Shown here in pieces: positions 1 through 7,821 of a stretch of DNA of 26,578 nt (position 1 is the first letter of the stretch; each line of letters begins with the position of its first letter). The stretch comes from a bacterium (GTDB lineage Bacteria; Acidobacteriota; Blastocatellia; HR10), in contig JBEPZV010000035.1 in assembly GCA_041640655.1 (NCBI GenBank), positions 1-26,578 of the forward strand, given 5' to 3'. A program made the translations under genes and the position numbers. The notes under the pieces are model-generated. The model made no database searches. It saw only the letters and a list, made by a program, of their open reading frames with translations, and was not told the origin of the DNA.

Positions 1-214
1 AGCCGAGCGCCACATGCCCGATGACAAAGAGCGACCCCACGGTGAGGATCAGGTATCGGATCATCCGATCAATCCCGGCCCCATGTTCGGACGCCAGCGG
101 CGGCAACCACCGTCGCACGCCAAAGCCGATGCCCACAAGGGCGATAGTGAAGAGGGCAAAGGCGAAGAAGAATCCCTCGAGGGTTCTCCCCAATCGCTCG
201 CGTCCCTCAGCCAT
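1..214 (-). CDS. coxB: Cytochrome c oxidase subunit II, N-terminal part (runs off the window start; absent from the ORF track)
   Basis: Manual translation from ATG at 214: MAEGRERLGRTLEGFFFAFALFTIALVGIGFGVRRWLPPLASEHGAGIDRMIRYLILTVGSLFVIGHVALG. The W-x-P-x-x-A-S-x-H-G-x-x-I-D segment followed by a TM helix is typical of CoxII N-termini. RBS GGGAGGA lies just upstream. The CuA domain is outside the window. Confidence 0.7.
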   Translation of the reverse strand, partial: MAEGRERLGRTLEGFFFAFALFTIALVGIGFGVRRWLPPLASEHGAGIDRMIRYLILTVGSLFVIGHVALG

Positions 215-299
215 GGCTTCCTCCCGTATGCTCATGGCCCCGACCTTCCAATCGGGGAAATGACCGAGCCCAGTCTACCCCGCCTCCCAGATCGAAGGC

Positions 300-315
300 T
301 GTGACGAAAGTCACA
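300..315. promoter_or_regulatory. CRP/FNR-family binding site
   Basis: TGTGA-CGAAAG-TCACA is a perfect match to the CRP consensus TGTGA-N6-TCACA. A minus-strand -10-like TAGACT (277-272) puts the site centre at about -42, a class II geometry for coxB. Confidence 0.7.
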
Positions 316-420
316 CCGACCCCATCTCGTGCATGATCTCCTGCTTGCCCGGTTGCAAACTTCCCCGCCCATATCGTCAGCGAGTGAGACCATCGCGACC
401 TCACCCAGTGCAGAGGCAAT

Positions 421-436
421 AGCAAACGCTATGCCG
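421..436 (-). promoter_or_regulatory. Sigma54 (-24/-12)-like promoter pointing toward coxB
   Basis: The minus strand reads CGGCATAGCGTTTGCT: GG-N10-GC spacing with GGCA and TTGCT elements. Confidence 0.45.
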
Positions 437-732
437 CGAAAGCGAGGGTCTGTCGGCCGAACATCCAGAACTCCCAAGCAGACAAGAACTTCTTTCATCT
501 CGCGCATCATTTCCTGAATCCCATCCCTCTTCTCGCTCTGGGGGATAATCCCCAAAGCTGGGCGAAATCCCCACCGCGGAGTGAATCCTGACCGACCATG
601 AGTCGAACGAGCGACGAGGCGCTCGCCACAGCCCCCCCAATCCGATCGCGTCTGCCTCTTGACGGGAATCTCAATTGAGGTCTCTCTTCCGCCACCATGA
701 CGGAGGCCTGCGGTGAGCGAGAAGGCCCGATC

Positions 733-765
733 TGGGTGTAATCCCCCGATCGGTTCGGCTATACT
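733..765 (+). promoter_or_regulatory. Putative promoter of the multiheme cytochrome operon
   Basis: -10-like TATACT at 760-765. The -35 region is poor and is overlapped by the dyad TGGGTGTAATCCCC (733-746). Confidence 0.4.
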
Positions 766-850
766 TGTCCGGCTAACTCGGTCATCCAATGGACGATAGC
801 CGCAAGCGGGGCACGGGCACCGCAGGCGGCACGCCGCTTGCCTACGACGT

Positions 851-2983
851 GTGAACGAATTGATGAAGAGCCAGACAGAGCGCAGGATCGAACGACAGGA
901 AGGCGGAGGCGCGCTTGGAGTCTTCACTCTCGCCCTCATCCTCGCGCTCGGCCTTCCGACTCTGGCGCAGTCGTCGCGCCGCGCTTCGGCTCCGCGCCTC
1001 AGTTCGGCCGAATGCCTGGCGTGCCATAATGATCCGAATCTGAGCACGTCGGTGAACGGCCAGACCGTGAGCGTCCACGTGAGCGAGAGCGCGTTCAAGG
1101 CGTCCGTTCACGGAGCCTTCGACTGCGCGACGTGCCATGCGGATGTTCGAGACTATCCGCACGAGCCGCCGCCGCAGAAAGTCTCCTGCGCCACCTGCCA
1201 TCCGGATGCGGAAGAGGCGTACGCGCAGAGTCTGCACGCGAAGGCGGTGCGCGAAGGACGCGCGCGCGCGGCCAGTTGCCTGGATTGCCACGGCGACGCG
1301 CACACGATTCTCCCCTCGAGCGATCCGCGCTCGAAGACCCATCACACCCGGATTCCGCACACGTGCGGTTCCTGCCACGGCGTGCAGTTCGTCGTCGAGC
1401 CGGCGGGCATCAGCGCGCAACCGTTCTTCTCCTATCAGCAGAGCGTTCACGGGCGCGCGGTCGCGGCCGGCTCGATGCGCGCGGCCGTCTGCACCGACTG
1501 CCATCGCAGCCACGACGTGCGATCGGCGGCGGATCCGCAATCGCCCATTTTCAAGTTCAACGTGCCCGCGACCTGCGGGCAGTGCCACACCGCGATCCGC
1601 GATGAATTCCTGGAGAGCATTCACGGCCAGGCCATCCGCCGCGGGAACTGGCAAGCCCCCGTCTGCACGGATTGCCATGGCATTCACTTGATCAAGCCGC
1701 ATATTGATCCGACGTCTCCGGTCGCGCAGCAGGCGCTCGCCCGCACGACCTGCGGGCGATGTCACGAGGGCGTTCGTCTCACACAAGAGTTCGGCGTGCC
1801 GGGCGGGCGCGTGAGCACGTACCTCGATAGCTACCACGGGCGCGCATCGCAACTCGGTTCGACGGTCGTCGCCAACTGCGCCAGTTGTCACGGCGTCCAC
1901 AACATCCTGCCTTCCTCCGATCCTCGCTCAATGGTGCACAAGGCCAATCTCGCGCGCACCTGCGGGCAATGCCATCCGGGCGCCGGCGAGAACTTCGCGC
2001 GCGTGAGGGTGCATGCCGAAGTCCCCGTCTCCGAAGATCTCGGGAGCATCCTCAAACACTGGGTGCGGCGCATCTACCTCTGGCTCATCGCCATCACCAT
2101 CGGCCTGATGGCCCTCCACAACGGCGCGATCTGGCGCAGGAAAGCGCTGGCGCGACGCCGGACCGAAGAGCGCACGATTCTCCGCCTGACGCCGCAACAG
2201 CGATGGCAACATCTGCTGCTGCTCCTGAGCTTCTTCACCCTCGTGCTCACGGGCTTCGCCTTGAAATACCCGGACTCCTGGCTGGCGTGGCTGCTCGGCT
2301 CCAGCGAGAGCTTCCGCCGCATCGCCCATCGGGTGGCTGGTGCCGTCTTGCTCGGCATCGGCGCGTATCATCTCGTCTACATCATGGCGACGGCCGAGGG
2401 CCGACAGGTCTGGCGCGACATGCGACCGCGGCGCAAGGACATCGCCGATCTCATCCAGAATATGCGATACTACCTCGGTCGGAGCGCCCATCGCCCGCTC
2501 TTCGACCGCTGCAGCTACATCGAGAAGTTCGAATACTGGGCGCTTGTCTGGGGCACCCTCATCATGGGCGCGACGGGGCTCATGGTCTGGTTCAAGGCGC
2601 AGACGACGCGATGGCTGCCGGGTTGGGCCATTGATGTCGCCCTCACGATTCACTTCTACGAAGCCGTGCTGGCGACGCTGGCCATCTTCGTCTGGCATTT
2701 CTATCACGTCATCTTCGATCCGGACGTGTACCCGATGAACTGGGCCTGGCTGGATGGACGCGTCTCACTGCGCTGGTATCAGCACGAACATCCGCTCGAT
2801 TATGCGCGCCTGGTGGCTGCCGAGAGCCCCGGAGCGGCTCGGTCAGAGCGTGTGGCCGAGGACGCGGCGGCGATGGCAGCATCAGAGCGAGATCCTCGAG
2901 AGTCGGCCGAAATCCGCGCCACCGCGTCGGCCGATGGCGCCGAGGATCCCCCATCGGACCCTGCAGGAGGAGCAGTCGGATGA
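851..2983 (+). CDS. CbcL-like inner-membrane protein: periplasmic 11-heme cytochrome c fused to an FdnI/HydC-type di-heme cytochrome b
   Basis: Signal-like N-terminus (ATG 863 is an alternative start). 11 CxxCH motifs counted. C-terminal TM helices carry b-heme His ligands (RWQHLLL, IAHRVAG, TIHFYE, VWHFYH) and the YIEKFEYWALVWG motif. Confidence 0.9.
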   Translation: MNELMKSQTERRIERQEGGGALGVFTLALILALGLPTLAQSSRRASAPRLSSAECLACHNDPNLSTSVNGQTVSVHVSESAFKASVHGAFDCATCHADVRDYPHEPPPQKVSCATCHPDAEEAYAQSLHAKAVREGRARAASCLDCHGDAHTILPSSDPRSKTHHTRIPHTCGSCHGVQFVVEPAGISAQPFFSYQQSVHGRAVAAGSMRAAVCTDCHRSHDVRSAADPQSPIFKFNVPATCGQCHTAIRDEFLESIHGQAIRRGNWQAPVCTDCHGIHLIKPHIDPTSPVAQQALARTTCGRCHEGVRLTQEFGVPGGRVSTYLDSYHGRASQLGSTVVANCASCHGVHNILPSSDPRSMVHKANLARTCGQCHPGAGENFARVRVHAEVPVSEDLGSILKHWVRRIYLWLIAITIGLMALHNGAIWRRKALARRRTEERTILRLTPQQRWQHLLLLLSFFTLVLTGFALKYPDSWLAWLLGSSESFRRIAHRVAGAVLLGIGAYHLVYIMATAEGRQVWRDMRPRRKDIADLIQNMRYYLGRSAHRPLFDRCSYIEKFEYWALVWGTLIMGATGLMVWFKAQTTRWLPGWAIDVALTIHFYEAVLATLAIFVWHFYHVIFDPDVYPMNWAWLDGRVSLRWYQHEHPLDYARLVAAESPGAARSERVAEDAAAMAASERDPRESAEIRATASADGAEDPPSDPAGGAVG

Positions 2984-4434
2984 TCACACGCCTGAGCCTG
3001 TGGTTCTGGGACCTGATGCGCCTGGTGGGCCGAAATTGGATCACGGCTCTCGGAGGCGCCCTCACGACGGTCAGCGCCCTGCTCATCATCGCCCTCATGA
3101 TCCTCGGCCTGCTTGGCCTCTACGATACACCCTACGTCGGGATCATGGCCTTCCTCGTCCTGCCGGGGGTGTTCGTCCTGGGCCTGCTGCTCATCCCCTT
3201 CGGCCTCTATTGGGAGCGAAAGCGAGCGCCCCGAGATGACGCCCCGGCGAATCCGACATCCCGCCCGTTGTACCCGCGCATTGATTTCAACCGCGCATCG
3301 GTGCGCCGCACGGCCGGGATCGTGAGCGTCCTGACCGTCATCAATCTCCTCCTCATCTCCCTGACGACCTACAAGGGCGTGACCTATATGGACTCGGTCG
3401 AGTTCTGCGGCACGGTGTGCCACTCTGTGATGGAACCGGAATACACGGCCTATCTCAATTCACCCCATTCGCGCGTGAAGTGCGTCGAGTGTCATATCGG
3501 TCCCGGGGCCCCGTGGTTTGTGCGCTCGAAGCTCTCGGGCGTGGGACAGGTCTTCGCCACCGCCTTCAACACCTACTCGCGTCCGATCCCCACACCGGTT
3601 GAGAACCTGCGCCCCTCGCGCGATACGTGCGAGCAATGCCATTGGCCGGAGAAATTCACCGGGGATCGCGTCAAGGTCATCACCCGCTTCGCCGAAGATG
3701 AGGCGAACACGCCGCTCAAGACCGTCCTCCTCATGCATATCGGCGGGGGCGCGGCCGGCCATGGCGGCATTCACAGCTGGCATATTGATCCGAACAAGCA
3801 AACGCTCTATATCGCCGCGGACAAACAGCGGCAGATCATCCCCTGGGTCCAAGTGCGCGAGGCCAATGGGCGCGTGACGGAATTCGTCGCCCAGGACGCG
3901 TCGCTCACGCCCGAGCAGCTCGCTCGCGCCGAACGTCGCGTCATGGATTGCATTGACTGCCACAATCGCCCGACACACATCTTCAAACTCCCGGACCAGG
4001 CGATGGACGAAGCGCTGGCGATGGGACGGATTGATCGCACGCTCCCGTACATCAAGAAGCTGGGCGTCGAAGTCCTGCGAGCCGCTGCCGAGACCTCGGG
4101 GGACGCGGCCCAAGAGATCGCCCGCCGCGTCCGCGCCTTCTATCAGGAGAAATATCCCGACCTCCTCCGTTCCCGCCGCGAGGCCATCGAAGCCGCGATC
4201 CGCGAACTGCACGCCCTCTACCGTCGGAACGTCTTCCCTTCGATGAGGGTGACCTGGGGGACGTATCCCGATAACATCGGGCACGCGCGGTTCCCCGGCT
4301 GCTTCCGCTGTCACGACGAACAACATGTGAGCAAGGACGGGCGGACGATCAGCCAGAGCTGCGATCTCTGCCATACCATCCTGGCGGTCGAAGAGCCGAA
4401 TCCGCCGATCCTGCAGCAGCTCAATATCCGATAA
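2980..4434 (+). CDS. NapC/NirT-family multiheme quinol oxidoreductase, ImcH-like
   Basis: Three N-terminal hydrophobic helices. FCGTVCHSVM (CX3CH with a nearby Met) plus five CxxCH. ATGA overlap with the upstream gene; RBS AGGAGG. Confidence 0.85.
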   Translation: MITRLSLWFWDLMRLVGRNWITALGGALTTVSALLIIALMILGLLGLYDTPYVGIMAFLVLPGVFVLGLLLIPFGLYWERKRAPRDDAPANPTSRPLYPRIDFNRASVRRTAGIVSVLTVINLLLISLTTYKGVTYMDSVEFCGTVCHSVMEPEYTAYLNSPHSRVKCVECHIGPGAPWFVRSKLSGVGQVFATAFNTYSRPIPTPVENLRPSRDTCEQCHWPEKFTGDRVKVITRFAEDEANTPLKTVLLMHIGGGAAGHGGIHSWHIDPNKQTLYIAADKQRQIIPWVQVREANGRVTEFVAQDASLTPEQLARAERRVMDCIDCHNRPTHIFKLPDQAMDEALAMGRIDRTLPYIKKLGVEVLRAAAETSGDAAQEIARRVRAFYQEKYPDLLRSRREAIEAAIRELHALYRRNVFPSMRVTWGTYPDNIGHARFPGCFRCHDEQHVSKDGRTISQSCDLCHTILAVEEPNPPILQQLNIR

Positions 4435-4455
4435 GATTTCGCGAGCACGAGGTGG

Positions 4456-5448
4456 ATGATGAATCACCGGATGCGCACTCTCCGATCCCGCAGACATCGC
4501 TTGTTCTCCGGGCCGAGCGCCCTCGGCCTTCTCGCTTGTGGGCTCGCGCTCGGCCTGATGCTTCGCGCGGCGCCGATCACGTCCTCGCCGTCGAACCGCA
4601 TCGGCCCCCGCGCTCCATCCCAACAGCCCGAGAGCCCCTATGTGGGCTCCGAGACGTGCAAGTTGTGCCACGAGGACCTCTACGCGCACTTCGCGCGAAC
4701 GGCTCACTTTCTGACCATCAGCAGCCCGAAATACAAAGAGTCGGAGAAGGGATGCGAGGCCTGTCACGGACCGGGCCGGGAACACGTCGAGAGCGGGGGG
4801 GACGTGACGAAGATCTTCCCCTTTCGGGGGCGCCCGGTCTCGGAGCAAAACGCGCGATGCCTCGCTTGCCACGAGCGACAAGAGGAGCGCCACAACTTCC
4901 GCCAATCCGCCCACGGCCTGAATCAGGTCGCGTGCGCCGATTGTCACTCCTCGCACTCGCCGGTCGTGATCGAAGATCTGCTGGTGAAACGCACGCCCGA
5001 GCTGTGCTATCAGTGCCACGGCGAGATTCGCCAGGACTTCGCCAAACCGTTCCGGCATCGCGTCCACGAAGGGGGGATGAGTTGCACGACGTGCCACGAC
5101 GCGCACGGAGGGTTCAACGTGGCGCAAACGCGCGAGGTCCTCGGTGGGACCGACGCCATCTGCGTGAAATGCCACACGGACAAGCAAGGTCCCTTCGTCT
5201 TCGAGCACGTGCCGGTGAAGCTGGAGGGCTGCGCGAGCTGCCATGTCCCCCATGGGTCGAATAATCCCCGACTCCTCACGCGCCCCAGCGTGCACCTGCT
5301 CTGCCTCGAATGCCATACGGACACGCCGGGGATTCTCGGCACGGAGCCGCCCGCCTTCCACGATATTCGTCAACCGCGTTTTCAAAATTGCACGACGTGC
5401 CATGTGCGGATCCACGGCTCGAACGTCAACCGCTTCTTCTTCCAATAG
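4456..5448 (+). CDS. DmsE/MtrA/MtoA-family periplasmic decaheme cytochrome c
   Basis: Signal-like N-terminus, YVGSETC start of the heme domain, exactly 10 CxxCH, GPFVFEH and C-terminal CHxxIHGSN signatures. RBS GAGGTGG. Confidence 0.92.
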   Translation: MMNHRMRTLRSRRHRLFSGPSALGLLACGLALGLMLRAAPITSSPSNRIGPRAPSQQPESPYVGSETCKLCHEDLYAHFARTAHFLTISSPKYKESEKGCEACHGPGREHVESGGDVTKIFPFRGRPVSEQNARCLACHERQEERHNFRQSAHGLNQVACADCHSSHSPVVIEDLLVKRTPELCYQCHGEIRQDFAKPFRHRVHEGGMSCTTCHDAHGGFNVAQTREVLGGTDAICVKCHTDKQGPFVFEHVPVKLEGCASCHVPHGSNNPRLLTRPSVHLLCLECHTDTPGILGTEPPAFHDIRQPRFQNCTTCHVRIHGSNVNRFFFQ

Positions 5449-5456
5449 GAGGGGGT

Positions 5457-7499
5457 ATGCGCGCATTCATCCGCAACCGCTGCTTCCGCTTCGCTCCCGA
5501 TCGGTTCGCGGGGGCGATGGTCGTCCTCCTGCTGCTCCTTGGGCCGATCGCTCCCGGCCCGCGCGCTCAAGAGAACGCGGCATCGTCCGCCCAAGAGGGC
5601 CTTCGCTGGGGGCGCATGACGGCACACAGCGAAGTGGAATTCGGATGGCGACAGCTCTTCCTGGGCGGGAATCGCGATCTCTATCGCAGCCACGTCAATC
5701 TCGATGAAGGACTGCGCCTGTTTGGTCTCTCCTTCATCTCGCGGTATCCGGAGAACACGGGTCCGCTCTTCGATGTGCTCACCTACAGCATGGCGAGCTG
5801 GGGCGGCGATCCGCACAATACGACGAGCCTGCGTGTGGAGAAGCGCGGCCTCTATCGCTTCGACTTCGGCTACAGCCGGATCGTGTACTACAACTTCCTC
5901 CCGACCTTCGCCAACCCGCTTCTCAGACGCGGGGAGCTGCTCGGTCAGCATAGCGTGGACGCCGCGCGTCGCCGATCGGAATACCGCCTGACGCTCTTTC
6001 CCGATGCCACGTTCCGCATCCACATCGGATACGAGCGCAACACGCAGTTCGGGCGCGCGTTCACGACCTTCCCCATCGGCCTGGACGAATTCGTGCTGCT
6101 GGATCCCCCGCGCACGACGACGGACGAGTATCGCGTCGGTGTGGACGTCCAGCTTGGGCGCCTGCACGTCACGGTGGAGCAAGGCTTCCGCGCCTTCAAA
6201 GACGACATCCACACGACTCAGCCGGAGGGGACGATCAACCTCGGCAACAGCCGGAATCCAGCGAATCCGACCTCGGCCAATCCGCAGCAGATTCTGCTGC
6301 AGACGTTCGCCCGCGACAGCGGGATTCGCGGCCTGGTGCCGACGACGCGCATGGGCCTACAAGGACATGTGCATCGAACGCTCATGTTGAGCGGGCGCTT
6401 CGCGTATAGCGACAGCAACGTGGACGTCACGCGTCAGGAGCGAGCGATCGGCAACCTCTTCGACCTCTCCGTCCTCCGATACGTCACGGCGCAGACATCC
6501 TCCAGCCTCGCGCAGGCGTCGCGTCCCACGGCCATCGCCGATGCGAGCGTGAATTACCGCCCGCACCGCCGGATCACCATCACCAATACGGCCCAGTTTC
6601 ACCATTTCACGATCGCCGGGGATGTGCGCACGCGCACCGAACAGCAACTGGGCGCGGATTTGCGCGGAGCTCTCCCGCCCCCGCCCACGCGTCTGGTCGT
6701 GGAGTCGCTGGAAGCGCGCACCTCGGTCGACTCGTTCTTCAACCGCTTTGAGGGCGCGGTGGAACTCACCCCCCGCCTCGTCCTCCGCGCTGGCCATCGC
6801 TTCACGCATCGGCGCGTCACCCTCTGGCGTCCGGAGATGACCGAGCGCGAGGAATCGGAGCTGAACGCGCACGCCGTCCTGGGCGGACTCAGCCTCCGCT
6901 TGAGTCCCGCCTTCCGCCTCTTCTCCGAACTGGAGCGTGGCTCGAGCGATCGGGTCTTCACCCGCGTGACCCCTTCTCGCTTCACGCGTCTTCGTGCGCG
7001 CGCGCACTATCGCCCGACGCCCGCGCTCACCCTCGGCCTTCAGCTCCTGGTGACCGACTCCCGCAACCCGAACCCTCTGGTGGACAACGTGCGCCGAAAT
7101 CGCGGCCTGACGTTCACGACGCTCTGGACCCCCGGCGAACGCATCGCCCTCTCGCTCAGCTACACGCGCACGGACATCACGTCCACGATCCTCTTCCTTC
7201 ACCCGCGCCTTCGCACGATCGAGACCTCGCGCTACGTGGCCGACGATAATTTCGTGGATGGCGATCTCACGATCGCGCCCCTGCGGAACCTGCGCCTCGC
7301 CCTCGGCTACTCCCTCGTGAACGCGCAAGGGACACTGCCCCTCAACTTCCACCGGCCGCGCGGGATGATCGCCTACACCTTCCCGAAGCGCTTCACCTGG
7401 AGCGTCGGCTGGCATTGGTACGGATACAATCAGAAGGGGTCCGCCCTGGAGGATTACCGCGCGCACACTGTGACGAGCAGCCTGAAGATCGCGTTCTGA
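5457..7499 (+). CDS. MtrB/PioB-like outer-membrane beta-barrel (porin of a porin-cytochrome complex)
   Basis: Start reassigned to ATG 5457 behind RBS AGGAGGGGG, giving 680 aa. Signal peptide, many amphipathic beta-strands, C-terminal Phe beta-signal (SSLKIAF). Lies directly after the decaheme gene. Confidence 0.8.
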   Translation: MRAFIRNRCFRFAPDRFAGAMVVLLLLLGPIAPGPRAQENAASSAQEGLRWGRMTAHSEVEFGWRQLFLGGNRDLYRSHVNLDEGLRLFGLSFISRYPENTGPLFDVLTYSMASWGGDPHNTTSLRVEKRGLYRFDFGYSRIVYYNFLPTFANPLLRRGELLGQHSVDAARRRSEYRLTLFPDATFRIHIGYERNTQFGRAFTTFPIGLDEFVLLDPPRTTTDEYRVGVDVQLGRLHVTVEQGFRAFKDDIHTTQPEGTINLGNSRNPANPTSANPQQILLQTFARDSGIRGLVPTTRMGLQGHVHRTLMLSGRFAYSDSNVDVTRQERAIGNLFDLSVLRYVTAQTSSSLAQASRPTAIADASVNYRPHRRITITNTAQFHHFTIAGDVRTRTEQQLGADLRGALPPPPTRLVVESLEARTSVDSFFNRFEGAVELTPRLVLRAGHRFTHRRVTLWRPEMTEREESELNAHAVLGGLSLRLSPAFRLFSELERGSSDRVFTRVTPSRFTRLRARAHYRPTPALTLGLQLLVTDSRNPNPLVDNVRRNRGLTFTTLWTPGERIALSLSYTRTDITSTILFLHPRLRTIETSRYVADDNFVDGDLTIAPLRNLRLALGYSLVNAQGTLPLNFHRPRGMIAYTFPKRFTWSVGWHWYGYNQKGSALEDYRAHTVTSSLKIAF

Positions 7500-7821
7500 A
7501 CAGGAGCCGGATCCTTCGCGCCTGGCCGCTGTGGCGTCGAGCTGGACGAGTCCGGAGATTCGCGCGCTCGCTCAAGCCGTTTTGGCGGTCACCGCGCTCA
7601 AACGCGCGAAGGGGGAGTGCGAAGAGCGCTGAGAGTTGCTTCGGAGGCGATCAGAGCAACTCATCTCGCGAGGGGGGTACGAAAAGACGCTCCTCACGCT
7701 CACGGAATACGGGCTTGAGCTTTTGATCCCAAAGATGCCCTGTCCGAAAGGTGGGGATCTTTCCCCAAGGGCCCGGACGTCCCTTCGAGAAGGGCATCTC
7801 GGCACGTTCGGAAATCGGGGC

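Noticed and set aside
414..460. GCAAAC..GAAA..GGGTCTG resembling a c-di-GMP-I (GEMM-I) riboswitch; also CCGGCTAA..GATAGC at 769-800
   Set aside because: Attractive because GEMM-I riboswitches control Geobacter EET genes, but the GG.ACGCAAA junction and the two-hairpin order are missing at both places. An Rfam scan would settle it.
659..674. TTGA-N8-TCAA as an FNR box
   Set aside because: Spacing is 2 bp longer than TTGAT-N4-ATCAA and the half-sites are imperfect.
232..1098. 288 aa minus-strand ORF and other short ORFs across the divergent intergenic region
   Set aside because: No recognisable motifs; overlaps the CbcL-like gene and clear regulatory sites.
5310..5456. N-terminal extension of the beta-barrel ORF in the track
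   Set aside because: Overlaps the decaheme gene; a strong RBS and signal peptide support ATG 5457.
3460..5466. 668 aa antisense ORF; similarly 842..1900, 10021..11679, 11585..12805 and 23244..25064
   Set aside because: Shadow ORFs expected opposite real genes in high-GC DNA; no domain motifs.
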